A stretch of DNA of 64,000 bases from positions 1 to 64,000 of the forward strand of contig FLMG01002043.1 in NCBI GenBank assembly GCA_900088475.1, in the 5' to 3' direction. The position numbers were made by a program, and so were the translations under genes. Origin of the DNA: Hyphochytrium catenoides (taxonomy: Eukaryota; Protista; Hyphochytriomycota). This document shows positions 37,264-50,032 of this stretch, in pieces (the first letter of the stretch is position 1; every line of letters begins with the position of its first letter). The notes beneath the pieces are model-generated. The model was not told where the DNA came from, did not search any database, and saw only the letters and a list, made by a program, of their open reading frames with translations.

Positions 37264-40200
37264 TTATTCCTCTGGCACAAGCTTGTACTCTTGGGGCTTT
37301 GTCTTCCTCCTCCGATACAGCGCAGTGCCCAAGGTTCCGATAATCAGAACAGACGTCAGAATAGCGGCTGGGGCAAGAGAAGAAGAGACCAGCAATCAGA
37401 AAGAGGTCGTTTTGGAAAGCACATTTGAGTTCGATGACAGGCCTCCTACCTGCTATGAGAATGGCTGAGCCCGAGGACCCAGCCTCTCCCGGTCTCTGAT
37501 AGTCAATAATCCAGGTCCGAATCTCCATGGGCCGCAGGGTCACAGAAGACGATGAAGAACGAAGAGAGGATTTTTCCTCGCTTTCAGCGGACTGAGTCAA
37601 CGTGTCAACCTCGGCACTGCAAGAGAGAGCACATATAAAGTCAGGTCTTTGGCAAAGGTGATGGTACTTCAATGTCACAGAGCTGTTTTTCGGAAGCTCA
37701 CATGTCTCTAATTTCTCACTTTGCACCTCCGCCAACGGACTATAACTCTCTCATCCTTCACATGGACTCGCAAGCCCAGCGCTCTTAATCTAATAGAACG
37801 CGAAAGAGTCTGTTGCGTACCCTTCTATCTTCCACTGGAGCCTATCCATTTTCTTCTTCGCTTTCAAAGTTGACAAAGTCATCTCCTCCGTGCTTTGAAT
37901 GGATAAATGTTTGTCATTGAAGAGATCGTTCAGGTCCAGCTCCACATCCGTAGTGCCGTTGTTTAGGCTATGCCGTGCCTCATAGAGATGTGCAAGGCGA
38001 AGTAGAAGCTGCTTGTCTCCAAGCTGCTGGACAGTTAGCAGCTGAAGAGACGGAGGAAGAGGTCGCACCAGGAGAGAATGGTTGAAGGCGGTGGTATTGG
38101 CATCCAACTGGCGCAGTGACGCTAACATATGGAGAGAGAAATAACAGCGGGGTTCGACAGCTTAGAGATTGGTGGGGGCAAAAAAAAAGGAACTACGACA
38201 AGAACAGACAAGTCAATCTAGTTCATAACGTCAACAAGCGAAGAGCCAGGCGACAGCCAAGGTATGCGTAGTAAGCTTTAGCTGGGTACGGTTGACTAGC
38301 TAACGGAGCTATTCGGATGGCGCCCGGTAGGAGAGACATGGGAGAGGAGCGACATCAAAAGGACAGCATACCTGCGGAGGTGAACAACAGTTCAGGGTGG
38401 GCTTGGTGCTCCGCCTGCGCTATAGGATAGGTCTCTTCCTCCCTCTCAATCCTGTCCAGCGTGATGCGATAACGACCCGTGACGACCAATCCGTGACAGT
38501 TAGGGTCACACACCGTCTCGTTCAGTGCTTCGGACACTCCTGATGAATGTTTAAAGGGCCCAAAGAGCGTGAGATATCGAGCATGACAACTGTCCGGATG
38601 GCAAAAGGTACGCACTGCACGAAGAAATATGCAGGACACGGACAGGTATTCCGTCCTGACGCATGAAGAGCAACCTTGACAAACCAGAGAGGTGAGAGAA
38701 GCAAGGTCTACATCTATGACCTCTATCATCATCGTGGAGCAGGCGTCGATGCGCCATGAGTTCGATCTCTCCGTCCCGCAAGCTTGCGCCGCCTTGAGCC
38801 CTGTCCGTCTGCGATGCGAGAGAGAGAGGGATGCAAAAGGTGGTGAGCACCGACTCACCATTTATACGAAAACATTAGGGATAGACTAGATCTCAGCATC
38901 CGTGGTCTGGCCACAAGACGGAAAGCAGAAGGAAAGCGCATGCAATCAAGAAGTGCAAGAAGGAAGACCAAAGCCGCACATGTATCGTAAATCTTCTGTT
39001 TGTGTTTGGGTCCTCAATGAAAGCGAGCGCCGTCACGGGGTAATAATTGCCAGCCACGGGATCAGTCACCTCCAAGGGCCAGGTGTCGCGAGCGTTTCTA
39101 GTGTGAAAGGAAGGGAGAAGCATAGAAGAAAGAGGAGAGAACGTTCAGACCACATTACAAAGCTCAGTCTGACATCCAGGGTGTCCCTTCTTTCACTGCC
39201 CTCCCCCTTCTTAACCGCTTCGCCCTCTTACCTCTTTCGCCTCAGCACGTCTCGTCCATTGCTGTCAGTGAACATTACGCCGTTGTTCTTGAGGTCTGTG
39301 TGCCAAAGGCTCACCACCTCCTTTCCTTTGCCGTCCCCTATTGGGATTGGGCCAACCGTCCACTCCACCTCAACATACGGGAGAGCAGAGTACAGTCGCA
39401 CTGTTTGTTGGACAAGGGAACCGAATCGCTGTATGGAAGCAAGTCGGAGTGAGCTCAATCAAGAGGCAAATGGCAAGCTCACACGGGAGGCAGAACAAGA
39501 GGTGCTGTTCAATGGAAGAGGTAGCAAGCTGTTGCCTAACCTGGTGCATCTGCTGCACAACTTCTCCCTTCTCCACTTTCAGCTCAATATTTTGCCCCTC
39601 AGTGGCAGCAGGATGTGGCAGACAAGGAGGAACAGGCCCCTCGGGACAAGCTGGGCGGAAGATGTAGGCGCCACTAATGAAAAAAGGAGAGGGGGAGTGG
39701 GCTTAGCATTTGGCCTCCGTATCTCTTCATGCACTACAATGTCATTGCTTCTCGTTTCCAATGGCTTAAAGCTTCATGCTGATGCCTCTCGATTCTCAAA
39801 GCCAAGTTCCATAGGTTTAACGCATCTTACAGCGTCTGCAGCCACTCCTTTCTGGATCTCCCCTCTTGCTAGTACATTGGCGTGACTGGGCTCACCTTGC
39901 CTGTCCTCGGCGATGCTCAGTCTTCCCATCGCTACTTATGTAGTATCCCCAGTCCTGTCGCAGCTCAGTACGCACGCCGCTAAGCTTATTTTCCAGTGAA
40001 CCGATCAGGCCAGTCACAGGGCAGAAGCTCAAACGATAAAACTCATTCTCAATAGCAGAGGAGCTGCCTGCAAGATGGGGACCAAAGGAGAGATGAGTCG
40101 TGAGAAAGGCAACTGAGGCAGAAGCAGGGCTTTGTATCAGGCAACGCAGCTTTTTCAGGTGCAGTAAAGGTAGTCAGACACTTGAGAAAAGAGGAGATTG

Positions 40201-43200
40201 GTCAAAAGAAGGAAGAGAGAGACGGGAAAAGACTACCTCCACAATCAAGATCGGGGCCTGCATTGGCCTCTGCGGAGGGAGGCAGAGGCTCCTCATCGTC
40301 TTTCTCCTCTTGAACAACTGGATACCAGACCTGATTATCTGCAATCCAGGGAATTGGGGAGTCAAAATCATCGCTCTAATATGCGTCGACAGCACTACCA
40401 GTCTCGCCCTCTCTGGTCCCGCACACGATATAGCGGAGTATTAGGGCTGCGATTCACTATCCTTTGGCTCATTCGCACACCAACCGGTTCCTCTCCTGGC
40501 ACTCACCAGGCTGGGGCTTGATATCGACATAGAATGTGCTATAGCCCGCTGCCGGCAATTCTGCAAGGAATACAAGTTCTGTTTTCTTCTTCTTGTGTCC
40601 TCCACTAACGACGTCCTGGTCCGATGCTACCTCGGGCTTTCTGGGGAGGACTGTGACCAGCTGGGAGGGGATGGAGCGGCCGAGATGATCCGTAACCACG
40701 TACTGCCCATGAAAGAAAGCAAAGTGATCATTTTGATTGCGCAATATAGCTCAGGAGAATAGATAGCTTGAAACGGATGCGAACACGCTTGGGGAAAACC
40801 TTACCAGCTGGTTCTTACGCACTGGAAATCGTATGGGTTGCGTCCGCACTTGGGCTAGCGGATTATAGGCAATGATTGCTATTGCCTCCACCGCTTCAGA
40901 GGTGAAGTCACACCTGTGAAGAGAAAATGGCCTGGTTAGTTCCTTAGCCACTCTCAAAGATGGTTATTATTGCTGTCGCTGCCCATTCCCTTCAGTCCGT
41001 TTGAAGACACATCCTCGAGCACCTTGGCTACTACTCCTAACCTTGAACCGGTAATGCACCCTAGGGCCCGATACTTTGACCCTTAAACTTCTTATCTTAC
41101 CGTGTCTCATTGAGGTACCAGCAGGAAGTGAACGTAATGTTACCCTTTCCATCAACCTTTTGACCATTGGCCTCAGGATTCAGCAAGTGAAGTAGACTAT
41201 TTTTCATCACTTCTTCACAAAGCTCTCTTCCTTCATGCAGCCTCAAGGCGTAGTCCGCGCTTACGTGCTCCTTTTCGGTGCCACTCACGCCATCATGATG
41301 CTGTACCAGAGCCAACGCTTCCCAAAGTCGAGAAGAGGACAAGCCGCGAGACGCGAGAGGATGGGGGATCTACATGTCAGGAGAAGTAGTGTTATTGCCT
41401 TCTAAGGTTTGTTCATTTCGTCCACGCACATGCACTTGAAAGCTGAGAATCTAACACGTGCACTCAAGGTGAACTAACCCTTTTGATGGTAAAACACACT
41501 TACCTGGGCCTCCATTTGCCTACAGGACTGCAGCAGGGAGCTCATGCGGCGGACAAAGCCCTTCAATGAGGGCCGAGAGGTAAAATATCCAGTCCAAAAA
41601 GCGTGGCCGTCGTCCCCGCCAGACTTCTCGCGCCCATTTCGGCTGGAGGACGGATGGGCAAAACTTCCAGGATTGTCACAATAAGGGAAGAAGTCTCCCT
41701 TTTTCTCGGGCCATGCTGCGTCTGCTCGGTGCTTACTCTCCATGTACATGCGCGGCGTAGAGTAAAATGCGTTGATACGGCCGTCAAGGTTCACGTAGTG
41801 AATCAACTGCATAAGAACCGGGAATGCCCATAGTCGCCGTGAGCAAAAGCACGATAGTGGTAACTTGTGTGTGACAGGAGAGCCAGACCAACGAGGAAGA
41901 AAGACACCAAGATACCTAATACAAGCAGCAAGTCCTGCGAACTCTACATCCTAAGGGTGCACCGCTCTCTCTCACACGCTGCTTACCTTGTCAAGATTCT
42001 TGAAGTATCTGTCTGGCTCCTGATACTGGAAATCCGAGCCGAAGGTGAGCATTATGTTCCCATCTCTGGAAGCGTAATGCCCGCCCTGCTCCAAACAAGA
42101 TGCCACAAACTGGTCAACCCTAGAAGAAGTAAAGGCTTATGAGCCACTGCCATGGAGTACAGGGCAGGTTTACCTAGCTTGTAGAGCGTAGAAGCAGTAG
42201 TGGGGTAAAGAGAGCCATATCAGGCAGGCAAGAAGTTCTTACTGACCTCTCCTTCACATTTACGTCCTTGAGACGGGGATCATCTTGAATCGGCGCATCC
42301 CCATCTAAGGCAGGGCAAGATCGAAGTAGCTCAGCCATAAACACCTATTCAAGACTAAGGCCATGCAAAGGCTAAGAAAGTGCTTACTGCCCCCATTATA
42401 AACGTCCCAGCCGAAGCCGCCTGGAGGACCGTAAGTGCGCATGATTCCGCTAAAGATGTGTGCCGAGGCTCCAAGGCTATCGCTTGGACGCATAATAACC
42501 TGCATATCCACAAAAAAGAGAAGAGTATGTCAGTTTGGAAAGAGAGAGACTCACAAGACTGTAAAAGAGAAACCTACTCCCTCTAAGTCGAAGAGTGTAG
42601 GCTTACCTCCAAGGTACGGTCTCTTTCTCTCTTACGCCTGTCCTGATAGTCAATTCGGCCCAGGAACCAGCCATCAAAACCCATCAAGGCATTGATTGTC
42701 GCTTGAAAGGATGAATGACCCTGCGATGGGAGAAAAATGAAAGGCGAGACAGAAAAGGAGTTAGAAAAAACCTGAAAGACATAAGGAGTAAAGCTTCCGT
42801 ACAAAAGGGTCAATCTGCCATCCCACTCGGGGCGCCGCGTCAGGCCCAAACTCATTCAATATGAAGCGATGTCCCAGAGTCTGCTGGTCAATCATGTCCA
42901 CATAGTATGGAGCTGCCTCGTCATTCATACACCTACCAGGGCAAAGCTCGTTAGTCCAACGGGAAAGAAGGGATTGGAGTTTGGCTGCGCCTAGGAAAGG
43001 GAGACTTGAAGGCAAGAGAGAGAGAGAAGATAACCATCTATGCCCAGCAAGTCCTTACCATCCGCCATTGATGAATTCCAGTTGGCCTCTCTTCACCAAG
43101 TCCCGCACCAGGCTCTTCATTTCATCTCCTTGCTGCACCCACCAGCGGTATAAGAAGGCCATCTCGACGTAGATAAATTTTCTGCTCCAGAAGATGGAAG

Positions 43201-43923
43201 TAAAAACTTATTAGCGTGAGCTTTAGCAAGGCACACCGCGCTGTGGAAAAGCCTGTATCACCGCCGCCATAGTAACCACGCCAGGACGGAGTAGCACGAC
43301 ATGAGAATGAGCGCAGTCAAGGTAATACTAACCTGTCAGGATTGACAGTCAGCGCTCTCATGACGTTATCGAGAATGTACTGCACACCAGTATTCTCATC
43401 CTGATTGCGCGATCCTGCACAAGGAAACATGTTAGGCTCGCTATAGAAGAGATGCTCAAAGTAAAAGGAAGAACTCTTGAGTAAATAAGAAGAAGCAGCA
43501 AGGTACCCAGGAGAGGAAGGTCATCTTTGTAGCGTCCTTACCTACTAGGTACTGGTCCACAGTCTTTAGCCATCCGACATCGTCGTGGGTATGAGGGACG
43601 ATGTGAACGTTCAATTTCCCTTTCACCGGTCCCGAGCTGGTGTTATAGATCCCGGGGGTTAGCTTGTATCCGACTTTCTCTTCATAGCGCTTCTGAACAG
43701 CTTCCTTTTCCCTAAAGTCATAGTGAAAAATTTCCTCTGTTGCTGCACCGTCTTGGCTTTTTAGGAGAGCAGTATGCTGGTCTTTCTCGTAGGAGATGCC
43801 CTCAAACTGGTTGAAAGTCCATTCAAAGGCGGAAAACGCTTGTTGGTTCGATGATTGGAGAGACACGATTGTGGCTAGGATCAACAGGATCGAGCCCAAA
43901 AACGGAAGCATATATAAGGCCAT
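37264..43923 (-). CDS. GH38 lysosomal/vacuolar-type alpha-mannosidase (MAN2B1-like), multi-exon, with a C-terminal TM anchor
   Basis: [15 protein letters not shown] (Zn ligands), GGWCMNDEA, WQIDPF|GHS (nucleophile, split by an intron), [44 protein letters not shown] and TLRPMEIRT. Hydrophobic N-terminus from the ATG at 43923; terminal exon 37367-37264. Confidence 0.95.
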
Positions 43924-46900
43924 GATGTCCCTTGTAGATGGCTGGCTTGGGGAGAGCCTCAAATTCTCGCCACTTATTGCTTCTCGCCCCTTATTGCTTC
44001 TCCAGTAAGGCGCGTTATCGGTGATCGTCAGATCTCCTGTGTGTTAGTTCTCTTCCTCTTGGGCCCTGCTGCTGCTTGGCTGGATGGTGCTGCTGTACCT
44101 GCTTAATGCAAGAAGTTTGACTCGCGTCTTCTTCCTTCTTTCTGCACTTCTCAAAGTCAGCATCAGAACAGCTTCCTCCTTGACAGCGCTGACGCCGTCG
44201 CGGCCTGGGTGCCTTGACACTTTCTCCAGAAGACGAGGAAGAAGAGCAACAAGAAGACTGCTGCTCCAGAAAGAAGCAAGCGACGCGAGGGGTTGAAGTT
44301 CATGACTCATGACGAAGATCCAAGATCCAAACATCCAGAGAAAGAGAAGAGAAAGATTCTTTTTTCCCGCTGTACCTTTTCACCCCTCTCTCCCTAATTA
44401 TTGTCTTTCAGAGGAAAAAACCCGGGTCGTCGGCAATGGGACTCGGGTCGACAAAGTCGCCTGTGGCTTTCCCATACAAGTTGTGCTTTCTTCATAATAA
44501 GTTTATAACCGGCGACAACTATGGGTAGCCTACTTCCTATACAAGCAAAACACTAGACTATTCATTATTCACCTGCAACGGCACTACTAATAATAGAGAA
44601 CTGTATCCTACAGTTGTTGCTATCTTCTATGATAGACCTACTACGTGGTACTCGCTTTCCCCCTGCAGTTTGGACTGGTAGTAGGCTTGTGGTGGGCTGA
44701 ACCTGCACCTTCCCTCAGTAACGCTTGTATGTTGTTTTCTCTACACCGACATTCTCCAGTAACTAACCTAAAAGTCTACAGGAGGAGTACAAGTCGGCCT
44801 CCTCTTCTCCTAAAGAGGAAGAGAACTACGTAATAAAACTGTAGTTAGCAGCATGATAGCCTGGTATCTCTTCCCTTCCTCTCTTTCGCTCTCCCACACT
44901 ACTAGTTCTACTACTGTTGGAATTGGAGATACAGCTCATCCTCTTCTCGCTGTGACGGATGGTTAACGACAAAGAGATCCGGTAGATAACATCAGAGGAT
45001 TCTAGCGATATCTTCATGGAGTAGTGTGCAGAGTGTCGTTTGATCTATGGAGTCTTGGTCTCGCCACCATCTGTTAGGACTTGAAGGTTTCAGACTTTGA
45101 CATGCTACTTAAGCAGAGTAGGAGGATAGGCAACAAGGATTCTGTTGTTATTAGCAAGAGCTGCCTCAACTCCTTAGCTGTGGCACTAGCGCACAAGCAT
45201 TTGCCCTGGAAACAATAGAGCCAGAACAACTTGTGAAGAGCCTTCCTTGGTTTGCAGAAGAGGTGGTGCACGTATCAGGTCAGCAGTCATAGTGATAGTA
45301 GAGCTTTCAGGAGAGAAGGCTTTCTCCCCCTTTCACCTCTCTTGTCAACAGGGCTCTTCCTTTGGTCTTGCTTTGTTGTCTCTACATGGTACATTTTCTA
45401 AGGTAGGTAGAACTTTATGTTAGGAAAAACCTATTCTTCTCCTTTCCTCTACATGCGAAGCATAATGAAAAGAGGAGGCTCTCAGTCTCGCTTTTCTCAT
45501 CTCCGGAGAACACATTCTTATCGTGGACTGACAGAAGCTGCTGTTGCGCTCAGCGAAGACTCACTTGCTCGTGTTGCAATCTCCACATTCACTAGAGCTC
45601 ATATACTTTTCTCGTGACTAGTTCATCTTCCTCTGTGACATGATATCTCACAACTACTGCCCTATCCTCCCACCAGGCACTTTGTCACAGATGATACAGC
45701 ACTGGGCAGCTACTGTTAGCTGTCAGCAGGTAGTAGTAGGGTGCAGCTCGGGGGTGGTGCTACTCACGGAACAAACTCGCTGTTAAGATCTAAAATCGCT
45801 GGGACAGAAGACAACTTAACAGGAGCCCGTTGTTGTTGGAGCCGCACCACGCCCTACTAGTAGAGCGTTGTGCTGCCAGTAGAGAGGCAGTACATGCAGA
45901 AGAAGAAGGAAGAATAGCTACTACTAGACAGGAAGGTTAATGGTTAGACAAAAAACGTAGAGACGTCGTCGCGAAAGGGTCCTTCTACTCTTAGAGCTAT
46001 TATCATTGTATAAAGTACGTCATCGTCAAAGATTTGCTTCTATGCGTGAAAGAGTAGCCTCTTCTTCTTGCGCACTGCTGGCCTCTCCAGAAGGCACGAG
46101 GACAGAGCGCCTCTGGCTGATGGATAGTACTACTCTGCAATGCTGACGGCCAACAAATCCTTACAATTTGCACCCCACCAGCTCCAGACTTCCTAAATAA
46201 GCAGCATTGCGTAGACGGGATTATGGATAACAATTGTCGATCTCTTTTTCCCTCAAACTCTCTCTGAAGGAGAGTGGAAATAATAGTCAACGGCATCGAG
46301 CTTTAGCATTTATCGTCGAGAGAGCTTTGGAGGCAACAAGAGATCCTGCGGTATCGCTCACTCTTCTTACTAAATATCTATTATGTACGGGAACACTACT
46401 AGAACTATCTGGACTACTGTCGCTAATTGAAATCTTGCAAGGAAGAGTCCCGCTGTCCTCTGGAAAAATGACCACTGATGGCTACGAGCCGGAAAAAAAT
46501 AGCACAAGTAGCTGCCACTACGCGGTAGTAGTAGCAGAGCCTCCCATCTACCCTGTCCATGCAACGTAACAGCACGAGGCTTCGTCCCTATAATGAGGAG
46601 GTAAAATCAGAGCCGCTTGCCTGGTTCAGCCGGTCTCCCACTACTAGTGGATAATAAGGGACAACTAACTGATGCGATTTGTGGTTGGGAACAGCGATGA
46701 CTGTTGGCTTTTCTGTTTAGGCTCCCTTGCCCCGTTCCTAGGTGCATGTTCATCAGCAGCACAACGCTCTTACACGGTCCTGTCCGAATAGAAGAGTGGC
46801 TTCGGTCGCAGTCTTTCACCAGCTGAAAGCTCTGGTTCTAGAGACGGGAAAGTGTATCTGAAAGGCCTTATTGAGTTTGCTAACTGCTGTTCTTATTAGA

Positions 46901-47335
46901 GAGTGGCAAAGTAGGCCCATCCAGCAGAACAGCAGCGACTATAGGGCAAGACTTCGCGACAGCGCTCTTCTTGACTAGTAATACATCATAGTGATGCAGG
47001 CATTCTGAGCTAGGGATGGTGCAACAGAGCTGCCGTCAATAAGTCTTCTCTACGGTCGGGTAATGACGGCACTCCTTCGAATCCACCATCTCGCTTTCTC
47101 TTCAACCCTTCGTTATTGATGATAAGATCCCAACACGCCTCTTTAAGGGAAGCTCCTCAAACAATACTATCCAAGGTCTTCAAGAAGAGGGCAGGTGTTA
47201 TCCTCAAGAATGCTGACAGGCTGATAATAGGTGTATCTCTTGCCTCAGGCAGAGCTTCCTTGGGAGCATCAGGAAGAACTCTGCTTCTTCAAAGTTCTAA
47301 AAGGATCAACTTTTGGATTCAGCTTGATTCATCTT

Positions 47336-48336
47336 GTCCAACTCTTAAATAAGCGTGGGAGGAGGAGCTACCTACGATAACAAAGCCTCCATAGTAGAAA
47401 CAAAAACTTCGTGTTGCGAGCAAAGACGTTCTGTGCGTGTCAAGGCATAGCATTCCTTCTTGATTCATTGAGTCTAATTCCAGTGTTGCGCCTTGTCCTA
47501 CCTCAACAAAGCAAAGCTCTCCGTCATTAACGAAAGACTATCGAAACTCCATGACCGACGCAGATGCTTAACCTGCGGCAGTGGGCCGGATAAGCTTCAA
47601 CAGCCTCGAGCTGCGGAGGAAGCAGCCGTAAAAAGAACAACAGAGGTCTGCCTCCAACAATGATCATGACTAATATAACGTTTCTGCATCAGTCAGAAGC
47701 TTCGTGCTGCCATTCGGTGCTGTTTCCTGCATCTTAGTACTAGAGGAAGCTCCGGTATAGGTGACTTCTTTTCATCAAGCTTGATTCCTGCAGTCCACAG
47801 GGAACTCCATCATCATAATAAACCTTGACCCACTGAGTCAGTGTTATGATGATCAAGCAAAACCTGATTCAATCCCTCTGCACAACACCTCGATACCGCC
47901 ACAGGCCATGTGGGAAAGGGTGTCAGAGACTCAGAAGATCTCTGGATGATGAAAAGTTATTACCTCTAGTAGCGATAAACTTCTAGATCCTCATATTCAA
48001 AGGAGCAGCGGCACGCTTCAAGGCAGCACCCAGGCTAAGTTCTATTATCCTCTTGCGTCATGATCACAACTTGCGCCTAACTGGGCCTTTATCAGCTGGG
48101 GGATCTGTCTTCAACAACAGCAGTGGTGCTACAGAGTAGTCTCCGTGGCTCTGTATTGTCAAGAGATTGCGTCAGCCCATGGGATGCTCTTTCTTAGCGC
48201 CAGAAAGGAATGGTCGACGGTATATGGAGCTGGATTTCTTTAGGTCCAACTCTTATTACTCCTCTTGTCGTTCGATAAGGAAAAAACCTCGCGCGTAGGG
48301 CGCTTGCTTTATCTCTTGATTCATTGAGTCCAATTC
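47336..48336. repeat. Diverged direct duplication within decayed sequence
   Basis: Three blocks recur in the same order about 0.9 kb apart: GTCCAACTCTTA (47336, 48244), AAAAAC(T/C)TCG(T/C)G (47402, 48282) and TCTTGATTCATTGAGTC(T/C)AATTC (47458-47480, 48314-48336). Confidence 0.7.
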
Positions 48337-50032
48337 GTGACATCAGAGACAACCAACAACTGCGACCAATAATCACCCGGACTGAGGAGCGCCTGGATCC
48401 TGCCTTTACTACCCAGGAGAAAGCAACAAGAGTAGAAGAGAACCTTCTTGAAGGAGGAGCGGCATTTCCTGTCTGATCAACGTGGGCCTAAGGGGTTTTA
48501 TTCAGTTGGTCATCCCGCCTTCTCTTCCGTCGCGCTTCCGGACTTCTATCCCTGCACTCCTCTTGACAAGCAACGACGAAGCCTCAAAAAGTGGCTACTT
48601 CAACTTCAAGAGATGACGGCATTCTAGCTGAGAGTGGCTGTCTACCCTTGCTCATCTCTCATTTTGGATCGAAGGCTGTGATGACTGATGAGGAGTGGAC
48701 AGATCGAAGACCAACATCTGGCCACGCGCCAGCTCACTTGTAGACTATCCACTGCATAGGACGCCATCACTCATCCAACTAAGGGTGGTAGGGCTGGTAA
48801 AGGCTTCAATCGAGAGGAATCAAGCCCACGTCAATGTAACTTGGAAGAGTGAGTTCAGTCAAGGAAGGCGGTGCAGGGAGGCGGAGGAGCTAAGAGCTGG
48901 CGGCTGGCGAAGAGGGTTGGCGGTGACTGGTGGCACAGCTCCGAGGTCCGATACCTTGGACACCTCAATGGACAGCCTTGGACAGAGTTGGACAGCAAAG
49001 CACTGGAACCAAGGGAAACGGATGTCGTTCCACTTCTTCCCAGTCCAAACTCCACAACGTTGTTCGACTGTACACGACCAGTCTACAACGACGAACTCCA
49101 GTTAGACCATCTGCGGGCATAAAAGAAAGGCAAAGAAGGAAGAAGAAGAAGAAGAACTGAAGGAAGAGGGTGGGCCATTGATGGCCATCATCACATAACA
49201 GAAGATGATGAGCGTTTTCAAGGCTGTAGGACTGTCGTAGAAGCAGCGCTCGAGCTTCTGCTGTTCGCCTCGATTTACAGTGGCTGCTGCTGCTGATTGA
49301 GCGACTGCCATTCTCACCATCAGGCATCAGCGCAGCTTGAACATAGCAGTGAGCGGGTAGAATCCTGCCTCTGGACTGCGCGACCAGCGGTCATCTGGAT
49401 TTATTAAAGAGAGTTTGGGCATCCGAGGGTACGAATACTATGGAAGTACCTTGGACTAGATGGCGGCACGAAGACCTAAGTTGCGTGCCTCTGATCTTGA
49501 TGTGGCATGTCTAAGAAGCTTGATGCCTGGGATGCAGAAGAGCAAGTGATGAGTGCAGCTTAATGATTGTCTACTCTTTGCTCGTCCTCCATTCATGCTT
49601 GGGAAGTTGTCGTCATTGGAGATATCATGCTGGGGGGAATATCTCCATTCTGTTCTGGCTATCTGTCCGTCCTGATCATGATCAGGAAGCGCCAATACTC
49701 TTTTGCCCGTCACACCGATAGAGTGACAGCAGCGATAGCTTGAGTTAATCAATCATTGGAAACCTCAATGTTCAATCATCGCAGAGATATAGAACGTCAA
49801 AGGTCGATAGTATCCATTTATCCTGTATGTCCTCCAGCAGCGGCTGTTGTCAGCTCTCTTCACTTCTCGTCCTCTTGACTCCCAACTCTCATCTCTCCCA
49901 TTAATCTGCTTCCCCAAGGCCGGCCTCCGAAGACCGAGACACTCATCTCAATCATTTCTCAATTTACTCTCGTCAGAATAACCAGCGCCCAAGCTTCTGG
50001 TCGGGAAACCGGGTAATCTGCGGAAAGGAAAC

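Noticed and set aside
37211-37468. Apparent antisense overlap between a plus-strand ORF and the mannosidase 3' ORF
   Set aside because: The plus-strand gene ends at 37050 (QTRICYAFL*), and the mannosidase uses a spliced terminal exon. The plus ORF is an antisense shadow.
38902-39885. 327-aa plus-strand ORF
   Set aside because: It is antisense to mannosidase exons and introns and has no recognisable motifs.
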